Assembly (NCBI GenBank): GCA_964447525.1
Contig: CAYUSU010000002.1
Coordinates: forward strand, 23,362 to 82,295
Length of the DNA: 58,934 nucleotides
Reading direction: 5' to 3'
DNA from: an uncultured archaeon
GTDB taxonomy: Archaea; Aenigmatarchaeota; Aenigmatarchaeia; QMZP01; QMZT01
The notes beneath the pieces were generated by a model. The model made no database searches, had not been told where the DNA came from, and saw nothing but the letters and a program-made list of their open reading frames with translations. Positions within the stretch are counted from its first letter, which is position 1. Every line of letters starts with the position of its first letter. Shown here in pieces: positions 35,285-43,073 of this stretch. The position numbers were made by a program, and so were the translations under genes.

Positions 35285-35317
35285 TGTGTTCGCGGGTTCG
35301 AATCCCACCCCCCGCAT

Positions 35318-35665
35318 ATGAACGAAGGGGTAAAGGTATATATCAACAAACAAAAAAATCCCCAGAAAGAAATATTATTGAATGTTAGGGAAATATTTTT
35401 CAAAACCATAAAAAACTGTAAAGAAAAGGTTGGATGGGGTGTGGTGGTTTTTGCCGATGATCGTTTTTACGTGGCCGCTATGAAGGAGAGAGTGCATGTT
35501 GGATTTGCCATAAACGGACTAACCAAAGAAGAAATCGCACAGTTTGAAGGAAGCGGCAAAACGATGCGACATATAAAAATCAGATCACTTGAGGACATCA
35601 ATGAGAAAAAATTAGTGAAATTGATCAAATTGGTAAAAAAGAAAGCGGTTTGTAAACATTGCTAG
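35318..35665 (+). CDS. DUF1801 (YdhG-like) domain protein
   Basis: The start is set at ATG 35318, 2 nt after the tRNA-Leu discriminator. The first 32 codons of the track ORF lie inside the tRNA. Core is FYVAAMKERVHVGFAINGLTKEE. Confidence 0.7.
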   Translation: MNEGVKVYINKQKNPQKEILLNVREIFFKTIKNCKEKVGWGVVVFADDRFYVAAMKERVHVGFAINGLTKEEIAQFEGSGKTMRHIKIRSLEDINEKKLVKLIKLVKKKAVCKHC

Positions 35666-35727
35666 TGGAGTACCATTTCGTTATTTCTGCACGATAATCT
35701 TTTTAGTCGATATTTCATAATTTATTC

Positions 35728-35985
35728 ATGGCTGAAAAGAAGCTAATCGGGAAGATAACCCATTATTTCGAGAAGATCGGGGTGGCCGTGATCGAGCTTT
35801 CGGATGATCTGAAGGTCGGGGACAACATATCCGTGGAAGGATCCACGACGAACTTCCAGCAGAACGTTGATTCCATGCAGGTGGAGCACCAGAACATAGA
35901 CAAAGCCAAGGCCGGGGATGCGGTTGGAATGAAGGTCACCGACAGGGTCAGGGAGCAGGATCAGGTCTTCCGGGTAATCGAGTGA
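35728..35985 (+). CDS. small EF-Tu-domain-2-like beta-barrel protein
   Basis: 85 aa. GKITHYFEKIGVAVIELSDDLKVGDNISVEG ... AGDAVGMKV is typical of translation-factor domain II-like barrels. Confidence 0.7.
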   Translation: MAEKKLIGKITHYFEKIGVAVIELSDDLKVGDNISVEGSTTNFQQNVDSMQVEHQNIDKAKAGDAVGMKVTDRVREQDQVFRVIE

Positions 35986-36124
35986 TTCTTGAAAAACCGC
36001 GAAATCGATTGACTTTGTTATGTATTTTTCCATATGTTATACTGTATGTAATATAATAAACAAGCAGACGCTGAGCCAGCGACCCAACGGATATTTAAAC
36101 CTGCGGCTGTTTAATTTGTTAAAT

Positions 36125-38260
36125 ATGTACTCACTGATCATAACCGAAAAACCCAACGCCGCCAAGAGGGTGGCATTCTCGCTTGCCGAAGGAACACCTA
36201 AAACCGTTAAGGTGGGGAAGACGTACTGGTTCGAGTTCACCCGCAAGGGGAAGGAATACAAAGTCGTTCCTGCGGTTGGTCATTTATTCGTTCTCTCTGC
36301 CCGCGAATCCGGGGCGAAATGGAAATATCCCGTTTTCGAGACGGCCTGGAAACCTGTTTTCGAAGCTAGCCGTGGAGGGAAATTCACTAAGCAATATTAC
36401 GAAAACATAAAGAAGCTCGCCAAGGGTGCGAAGGAATTCTACAGTGCGACCGACTTCGATATAGAAGGAGAGGTAATATTCTATAACATTCTCAAGCACA
36501 TAATCGGGAGGGAAGATGCGAAGAGGATGAAATTCTCCACGCTTACGAAATCTGATCTGGAGGAGGCGTTCGACAACGCTTCAGACCATCTGGTATTCCC
36601 GATGCTGGAAGCGGGTCTGGCCAGGCATAACATGGATTTCCTGTGGGGCATAAACCTATCCCGCGCCCTGACGCTTGGACTGGAACACGTCGGAGGATAC
36701 TGGACGCTTTCGACGGGAAGGGTGCAGGGACCCACGCTTAAGATAATTTACGACAGGGAAAAAGATATAGAGAAATTCGTATCGAAGCCGTTCTGGGAAA
36801 TCAACCTTAACGGAGAGATTTCCGGAGAGAAGATAGAAGCTAACCACGCAGAAGACAAGTTCTGGGAAAAAAGCAAAGCCAATGAGGTATTAAAGAAATG
36901 CGAAGACAAAAAAGCGATTGTGGAATCCTTTGACGTCTCCCGGCATAAGCAGAATCCACCGTTTCCGTTCGATCTCACGACCCTTCAGAGGGAATCATAT
37001 TCATTATTCGGCTATTCACCTAAGATGACGCTGGAAATCGCTCAGGGTCTTTATGAAGCCGCGCTGATTTCGTATCCAAGAACATCAAGCCAGAAGCTTC
37101 CGGCGAAGCTTGGGCTGAAGAAGATAATCGAGAACATAGGAAAACAGCTAGAATACAGTGACCTGTGCAAGAAACTTCTTGATAAGCCTAAACTTAAGCC
37201 AAACGAAGGAAAAAAAGACGATCCGGCCCATCCTTCTATATTCCCGACTGGAAACAAGCCAAGCAAGATCAGTGCATACCAGAAGAAGCTTTATGATCTC
37301 ATAGTCAGACGATTTTTATCAGTGTTCAGTGAAGCTGCTGTCAGGGAGCAGATACGCGTAAAGATTGACGTTAACGGTGAGAAGTTCAGGACATCCGGCA
37401 CGAGGACAGTCGTTCCGAACTGGATAGAATTTTATGGCAAACATGCCAAATTCAGCGAACAGACACTTCCAAAGATGGTGAAGGGAGATGAAATTTCTAA
37501 AACTAAAATAACCATGGAAAGCAAGAAAACAAACCCTCCCAATAGATACAGCCAGGCTTCAGTTCTCAAAATAATGGAGGATCTCAATCTCGGAACAAAG
37601 GCAACCAGGGCGGCAATATTGAATACGCTTTACGAAAGAGATTATATCCGCGAGAATTCGATACAGGTAACCGCTCTCGGTTCAGCCGTGATAAAAGCGC
37701 TGGAAAAGAACTGCCCCGAAATCATTTCCGTGGATCTTACCAACAGGTTCGAGGACTACATGGAGGAGATCAGGAAAGGGGAAAGGAAATGGAAGGACGT
37801 TGTAAAAGAAGCGGAGACGGAGCTCGGTAAGATACTGGATCATTTCAAGAATAAAGAAAAGCAAATAGGCGACGAACTCAAGAAGGGCGTTCAGGAATTC
37901 GAGAAATCGATTACGCTTGTTGGTAAATGTGACAAATGCGATGGTGAGTTAAGGATCATCCATTCCAAGACAACCGGTAAGAAATTCGTGGGATGCACCA
38001 ATTATCCCGAATGCAATAACGGCTTCTCTCTTCCTCAGAGAGGCGAAACCAAAGCAATCTCGAAGAAATGCCCGAACTGCGGCCTGTTTTTCGTCAATGT
38101 CAAACAGTGGGGCAGGAGGCCATGGAAGCTCTGCGTACGCTGCGGCTTCGCAACGAAGATCAAACCCAAGGAATTCGTTGACACGCTCGAAGCGAAGGGA
38201 ATAGACATAGCGAAGGTCAATCATGTCCACGTGGACAAAAAACTCGATAAAAGGGACTGA
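36125..38260 (+). CDS. topA: DNA topoisomerase IA with C-terminal zinc ribbons
   Basis: Toprim N-terminus MYSLIITEKPNAAKRVA, active-site region ISYPRTSSQ and C-terminal CxxC pairs (CDKCDG, CTNYPEC, CPNCG, CVRCG). The start is set at ATG 36125. Confidence 0.9.
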   Translation: MYSLIITEKPNAAKRVAFSLAEGTPKTVKVGKTYWFEFTRKGKEYKVVPAVGHLFVLSARESGAKWKYPVFETAWKPVFEASRGGKFTKQYYENIKKLAKGAKEFYSATDFDIEGEVIFYNILKHIIGREDAKRMKFSTLTKSDLEEAFDNASDHLVFPMLEAGLARHNMDFLWGINLSRALTLGLEHVGGYWTLSTGRVQGPTLKIIYDREKDIEKFVSKPFWEINLNGEISGEKIEANHAEDKFWEKSKANEVLKKCEDKKAIVESFDVSRHKQNPPFPFDLTTLQRESYSLFGYSPKMTLEIAQGLYEAALISYPRTSSQKLPAKLGLKKIIENIGKQLEYSDLCKKLLDKPKLKPNEGKKDDPAHPSIFPTGNKPSKISAYQKKLYDLIVRRFLSVFSEAAVREQIRVKIDVNGEKFRTSGTRTVVPNWIEFYGKHAKFSEQTLPKMVKGDEISKTKITMESKKTNPPNRYSQASVLKIMEDLNLGTKATRAAILNTLYERDYIRENSIQVTALGSAVIKALEKNCPEIISVDLTNRFEDYMEEIRKGERKWKDVVKEAETELGKILDHFKNKEKQIGDELKKGVQEFEKSITLVGKCDKCDGELRIIHSKTTGKKFVGCTNYPECNNGFSLPQRGETKAISKKCPNCGLFFVNVKQWGRRPWKLCVRCGFATKIKPKEFVDTLEAKGIDIAKVNHVHVDKKLDKRD

Positions 38261-38262
38261 TT

Positions 38263-38949
38263 CTAGAATATCTTGAAACCGGACGGTTTGATACCGTCTT
38301 CAACCAGCATGAATTTGACTGACTTTCCTTCGGCGATAGATCGGTGCTTCACTACCGAGGCTTTCCTCTCGCTCATTTTACCGGTGTGTTCTATCAGGAC
38401 GATCGATTTGGACCAGTATTTGATCGAGTCCCCGCCTATTATGTGGTTTTCCCCGGTGTCCCTCTTTTTGTACAAATGGGACGTTATGATCACCGGGATG
38501 TTTTTCTTTCTGGCTATATTCGAAAGGATAGATAGCTGGATGGAAAGCTCCTTGTTTAATTCCAGCGCTTCCTTGGTGGGGTCAGCGCATTCCAGCCGGT
38601 ATAGCGCGACAGCGGAATCCAGTATGAGCATGTCCGGTATTTCGTCCCCGAACGATCGGATGAGCTTGCTCTGATCACTGAAGTCCTTCGGCTCCATGAG
38701 TATGATTTTCTTGAATATGTCCTCGTCTTTTGTGAGCTGTTTTATACGTTCTGACGAAAGTCCGCCTTCCGTATCTATGTAAAGCACCCTCCCGTTGTTC
38801 TTTATGCATTCCAAAGCAGCGAGAATGCATATGTTGGTCTTTCCCACTCCAGGAGGTCCGTAGAAATTGGTGAGCGCTCCTTTCTCTATTCCGCCCACTA
38901 GTGAAAGCAATGGTTCGGGCAGAGGGATAGTGTTTTCGCTCATAGTCAT
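38263..38949 (-). CDS. radB: RecA-superfamily recombinase paralogue RadB
   Basis: 228 aa with Walker A GPPGVGKTN, YIDTEGG and Walker B MLILDS. There is no N-terminal HhH domain, consistent with RadB. Confidence 0.85.
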   Translation of the reverse strand: MTMSENTIPLPEPLLSLVGGIEKGALTNFYGPPGVGKTNICILAALECIKNNGRVLYIDTEGGLSSERIKQLTKDEDIFKKIILMEPKDFSDQSKLIRSFGDEIPDMLILDSAVALYRLECADPTKEALELNKELSIQLSILSNIARKKNIPVIITSHLYKKRDTGENHIIGGDSIKYWSKSIVLIEHTGKMSERKASVVKHRSIAEGKSVKFMLVEDGIKPSGFKIF

Positions 38950-38971
38950 AATTAAATCTATTTTTTTTAAA

Positions 38972-39054
38972 CGCCGAGACAGGGATTCGAACCCTGAACC
39001 CCGAGAGGGGACTAGCTTTCCAGGCTAGCGCCTTAACCGTTCAGCCATCTCGGC
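38972..39054 (-). tRNA. tRNA-Ser (anticodon GGA), class II, intron-less
   Basis: Minus strand reads GCCGAGATGGCTGAACGGTTAAGGCGCTAGCCTGGAAAGCTAGTCCCCTCTCGGGGTTCAGGGTTCGAATCCCTGTCTCGGCG. Anticodon loop CTGGAAA, long variable arm, T arm CAGGG/CCCTG. Confidence 0.9.
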
Positions 39055-39081
39055 AGATATAGAATTATCTTAAAACAATCC

Positions 39082-39231
39082 TTATAACTGTTTACCCTTG
39101 GATTTGCAGTTAACACATAACCCGGTTTCCTGATCAAAACATTTTCTGCATACTATTGCTCCGCATAAATGACATGAAAACGCAGGCATTGCGACGCCAT
39201 TGCATGCCCTGCAGAGACTTGATAACTCCAT
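39082..39231 (-). CDS. 49-aa eight-cysteine zinc-ribbon protein
   Basis: Not in the ORF track. MELSSLCRACNGVAMPAFSCHLCGAIVCRKCFDQETGLCVNCKSKGKQL has four CxxC pairs. The ATG lies 4 nt after the map stop. Confidence 0.55.
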   Translation of the reverse strand: MELSSLCRACNGVAMPAFSCHLCGAIVCRKCFDQETGLCVNCKSKGKQL

Positions 39232-39235
39232 TGGA

Positions 39236-40123
39236 TCACCTCGTCGTTACGATAGAAGGATTCCCGACTATGACAGTGTGTTCCGCCTGAGCCACCGGCT
39301 TGCCTCTGTTTTCCCTGAGAACCGGATATCCTCTCAAAGCCTCGACGGTTTCCAGCTGTTTTATGGCGAATGATGTCTTGAAAGGAGAAAACCCTTTCTT
39401 TATTATCCATCTCTTGCAGAACGGCATCCCGTTGTATTCGTCTGCGGAAAGCTCCATTATTTGTCTGGCCTCCTGAAGGCGGACGGGTCTTGGTTGCATG
39501 AATGAGAATATCTCGACGGGTTCCGAATCCTTTACCGTACCGTTGCTCTCGAGAACGAAAGGTTCAAGAGCTACGACCATCCCCTCGTCTAATATATCGC
39601 CGGAATCATGGTCCACGTTAGGTATCTTGGGAGGTCCGTGTATTACGTATTGGTCCAGACCATGGCCGGTGAGGTTGATCACGACCCCCAGTCCTGCTTT
39701 TTCCACGACTTCGTTGATGGCCTTGCTTATTTCCGTCACCCTTACTCCGGGTTTTATCACCTTTATTCCGGCTTCCAGCGCCTCTTCCGCTACCTTGACC
39801 ATTCCGTTCTTTTCCGAACAGTATGTGTATGCGTGATCTGATACGTAACCGTCAATCTGAACTCCGACGTCTATCTTGACAACATCACCAGGCTTGATTT
39901 CGGTCTGGTCGTTCGAGGAAGGCGTGTAATGAGCTGTTATGTCGTTTATTCCGATGTTCACAGGGAATGCGGGTTTCCCGCCGAGTTCCTCTATCTTCTT
40001 CTCTATGAACTCTGCCAGATCAAGTATCTTCATTCCCGGTTTAATTGTTTTGAGAACTTCCTCCCTTACCTGGGAGTTTATCTTTCCCGCTTTTTTGTAG
40101 CTTTCCAGAACCTTTGAATCCAT
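39236..40123 (-). CDS. map: type 2 methionine aminopeptidase
   Basis: 295 aa. AFPVNIGINDITAHYTP, DVGVQIDGY and the MAP2 insertion pattern. Confidence 0.95.
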   Translation of the reverse strand: MDSKVLESYKKAGKINSQVREEVLKTIKPGMKILDLAEFIEKKIEELGGKPAFPVNIGINDITAHYTPSSNDQTEIKPGDVVKIDVGVQIDGYVSDHAYTYCSEKNGMVKVAEEALEAGIKVIKPGVRVTEISKAINEVVEKAGLGVVINLTGHGLDQYVIHGPPKIPNVDHDSGDILDEGMVVALEPFVLESNGTVKDSEPVEIFSFMQPRPVRLQEARQIMELSADEYNGMPFCKRWIIKKGFSPFKTSFAIKQLETVEALRGYPVLRENRGKPVAQAEHTVIVGNPSIVTTR

Positions 40124-40156
40124 ATTATTTGTATAGAAGCCGATATAATAAAAAGA

Positions 40157-40738
40157 TCACGTTGATATCCTGAAAATCCCAAGGACCTTCCTGTACAGGT
40201 ACATGAGCTTGATCGAAGAGAACATCCCTATGAGGGAGAATATGAACATTATCACAAACAGCGACCGGAACCCGAATACAGAAGCCACGATACCCCCGAA
40301 TATCGCCGCGAATGCCGTCATTATATAATACATGGCTTCCCAGTCGGCCCATTCCGATGCTTCCTTCCCTTTATCCAGGAATCTCGTGTACATTGAATCG
40401 TAGGCGGGGATGTTCAGAGCTCCTCCTAACCCCAATATAAACTGTACGACCAGAAGTGATGGCTGGTTGTAAACGAAAACGTATCCAAGATAACCCAGAG
40501 CTCTTATGGCATAGCCCAGTATGATTATCCTTTCCTTGTGCTTGAGCCTGTCTTCCCACCTTCCGATCAGGAACACTATTATTCCCATGGTGAGCATGAA
40601 CACCGCCCATGCGGAGCTGGCGTCAAGCAGGTTCCCGCCTATCTCATCCACGAAAACCGCATATATGGGTCCAAGCATCCCTGCCGCTATCGTGAAGCAC
40701 GCTTCTGCAAAAAGAAGAACTTTCAGTCCGGCCTTCAT
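40157..40738 (-). CDS. MFS-like half-size (6-TM) membrane protein
   Basis: The start is set at ATG 40738, downstream of the metK stop. Six hydrophobic spans, with a GRWEDRLKHKER loop resembling the MFS 2-3 loop. Confidence 0.55.
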   Translation of the reverse strand: MKAGLKVLLFAEACFTIAAGMLGPIYAVFVDEIGGNLLDASSAWAVFMLTMGIIVFLIGRWEDRLKHKERIIILGYAIRALGYLGYVFVYNQPSLLVVQFILGLGGALNIPAYDSMYTRFLDKGKEASEWADWEAMYYIMTAFAAIFGGIVASVFGFRSLFVIMFIFSLIGMFSSIKLMYLYRKVLGIFRIST

Positions 40739-40794
40739 AATAATATCTTGTCTGATCGAATAAAAAAGAAAAATAGAAAAAAAATGGAAGGGGT

Positions 40795-42000
40795 TTATAC
40801 TCCCGCTTCCTGACGAAGCGTCTCTGCTTTGTCCGTCTTTTCCCATGTGAACTCAGGTTCGTTCCTTCCGAAATGACCGAATGCCGCTGTCTTCCTGTAG
40901 ATCGGTCTCCTGAGATCCAGATGGTTTATTATTCCTGAAGGTGTCAAAGGGAAATTCTTTCTGATCAACTGAATTATCTTCTCATCGGATACCTTTCCCG
41001 TTCCGAAAGTATTGACGTTGACGGAAACCGGTTCCGGGTATCCTATCGCGTAAGCCAATTGTATTTCACACTTGTTCGCAAGTCCTGCCGAAACAATGTT
41101 CTTGGCTATGTATCTTGACATGTATGCTGCTGATCTGTCCACTTTGGAAGGATCTTTTCCGGAGAACGCTCCTCCTCCGTGCCTTCCGATCCCTCCGTAT
41201 GTGTCCACTATTATCTTCCTTCCGGTCAGACCGGCGTCAGCGTAAGGACCTCCACGGACGAATGAACCGGTTGGATTGACGTAGAATTTCGTTTCGTTGT
41301 CTATCCACTGGCCGCAAATGGGTCTTATGACTTTTTCAATAATATCGTTTTTGATGTTTTCGTGTTCTATCCCTTCGTCATGCTGAGACGAAACGACCAC
41401 GGCGTCTACCCTTAGCGGTTTGCCTTCTTTGTCATACTCGACCGTTACCTGACTCTTTCCGTCAGGCCTGAGATAATTTATAATTTTCTGTTCCCTTGCT
41501 TCAGTGAGCTTTTTGCAGAGCTTGTGTGCAAGTACGATCGTGAGAGGCATTAATTCAGGGCACTCGTCACTCGCGTATCCGAACATCATTCCCTGATCAC
41601 CTGCACCTTGTTCTTTGTGAAGTCCCTGCCCTTCGGAGACCCCCTGCGATATGTCAGGGGACTGTTCTGTTATTTGTGTCCATACGGTGCATGTCTCGTG
41701 TTCTATGCCGTATTCCGATTTAGTATAACCTATATCCCGGATGGTTTCTCTTATCACCAGTGGTATGTCAACGTATGCATCCGTCGTGATCTCCCCGAAA
41801 ACCATTACCCCTCCGTTTTTAGTTCCGCATTCGCACGCGACCCTAGCATTAGGATCTTTCGCGTATATCGCATCCAGTATTGCGTCGCTTATGCAATCAC
41901 ACATCTTATCAGGATGCCCTGCCGTAACAGATTCGGATGTAAGCAGAATCTTTTCTTTATGAGCCTTTTGCTCAACTTCGTTTTCGTCCAACACCGCCAT
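40795..42000 (-). CDS. metK: S-adenosylmethionine synthetase, bacterial/eukaryotic MetK type
   Basis: [45 protein letters not shown] and [19 protein letters not shown]. Confidence 0.95.
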   Translation of the reverse strand: MAVLDENEVEQKAHKEKILLTSESVTAGHPDKMCDCISDAILDAIYAKDPNARVACECGTKNGGVMVFGEITTDAYVDIPLVIRETIRDIGYTKSEYGIEHETCTVWTQITEQSPDISQGVSEGQGLHKEQGAGDQGMMFGYASDECPELMPLTIVLAHKLCKKLTEAREQKIINYLRPDGKSQVTVEYDKEGKPLRVDAVVVSSQHDEGIEHENIKNDIIEKVIRPICGQWIDNETKFYVNPTGSFVRGGPYADAGLTGRKIIVDTYGGIGRHGGGAFSGKDPSKVDRSAAYMSRYIAKNIVSAGLANKCEIQLAYAIGYPEPVSVNVNTFGTGKVSDEKIIQLIRKNFPLTPSGIINHLDLRRPIYRKTAAFGHFGRNEPEFTWEKTDKAETLRQEAGV

Positions 42001-42156
42001 AGTAAAACCTCCTACACCTTATGGTCATATAATTGATTTAGTTAGACAACTTGTATCTTTATCATCAAATTGTCAATCATATAATAGTCAAAATTGGTTG
42101 AAATTATATATATAACTATTTATATATTATTTGATAAAATTATAACTGTGAGGAAT

Positions 42157-42690
42157 ATGTTGATAACAGGAGAAATGATAAAAAAAACGAGAATTGAGGC
42201 AGGGCTTTCCCAGACCGAGCTGGCGAAACTTGCCGGCGTCTCTCAGGCGCACGTTGCCAAGATAGAGAACGGGAATGTTGATCCCAGACTATCGACGGTG
42301 AACAAGATAATGTTCGTCCTGAGCAAGAACAAGCGTACGATTCTGTGCGGCGAGATAATGAACGAGCACATAATCCACGCGAGCCCCGAAGATCAGCTCA
42401 CAAAGATCATCTCAGTGATGAAGTCTTCCGGTATATCTCAGATGCCGGTCATGAAGGGCAAAACGCAGATAGGTAGCATACGCGAGCATACGCTGATACA
42501 CAACGCCCATCGGAACCTGAGGATGCTGAAAGTGAATGATATAATGGACAAACCTTTCCCTATTGTTGATGTGAATGATCCCATTGAGATCCTCATGCCT
42601 TTGTTGGATTTCCACCCTGCGATACTCGTGGAAGACGCAGGCAAGACAAAAGGGATCATCACGAAATCCGATTTATTGGAAGTTAAATGA
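42157..42690 (+). CDS. XRE-type HTH plus CBS-pair regulator
   Basis: HTH_3 (IKKTRIEAGLSQTELAKLAGVSQAHVAKIENG) followed by two CBS motifs. The start is set at ATG 42157, preceded by GAGG. Confidence 0.85.
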   Translation: MLITGEMIKKTRIEAGLSQTELAKLAGVSQAHVAKIENGNVDPRLSTVNKIMFVLSKNKRTILCGEIMNEHIIHASPEDQLTKIISVMKSSGISQMPVMKGKTQIGSIREHTLIHNAHRNLRMLKVNDIMDKPFPIVDVNDPIEILMPLLDFHPAILVEDAGKTKGIITKSDLLEVK

Positions 42691-43073
42691 GGATAAAAAA
42701 TTTAACAACTTGTTTTTTTCATGCTGAACATAATCATGGATTATACAAACATGGATAGATCATTTACTGGAATGGATCAGGCGTTAAAAAGGGATAGACA
42801 AAGAATTGCTCACATCAAACACAACAATAGACCCGCAGATACGGATTCATTGATAATAACTGCATATAACGGAATATTCACTGATTCTATTATTTATTAT
42901 CTCCAATACGGAAAAAAGCTAGATGTTGGAATACTTCCCATAGGACCCGAAAAAAGATATTGTCACGAAGCCCTTCCCCTTTTGAATCATTCCTTATAAC
43001 TTTTTAATCTTCGTGTATGTTATATATAGCGCCGAAGGTACGAAGCTATATCCCGCGTTTTGGACGTGTTATA

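Larger units (their letters stand above)
35132..35316 (+). tRNA. tRNA-Leu (anticodon CAA at 35236..35238), class II, with two or three predicted introns
   Basis: Acceptor GCGGGGG/CCCCCGC. After splicing the D region is GCCAAGTGGTCAAAGGC. Anticodon arm ATAGG-CTCAAGA-CCTAT. T arm GCGGG-TTCGAAT-CCCAC has one C:A mismatch. The unspliced variable region is 46 nt. Confidence 0.75.

Noticed and set aside
35222-35317. The N-terminal 32 codons of the track ORF 35222..35665.
   Set aside because: They lie entirely inside tRNA-Leu exons and introns. The DUF1801 domain begins after the ATG at 35318.
39153-39410. An 85-aa track ORF overlapping the 3' end of map.
   Set aside because: It is in a different frame from both map and the 8-Cys micro-ORF, and the translation is Arg/Gly-rich with no features.
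42721-42999. A 92-aa ORF between the HTH-CBS gene and the lhr-type helicase.
   Set aside because: There is no motif, no convincing start context and nothing to support coding. It is left unannotated and may simply be the helicase upstream region.
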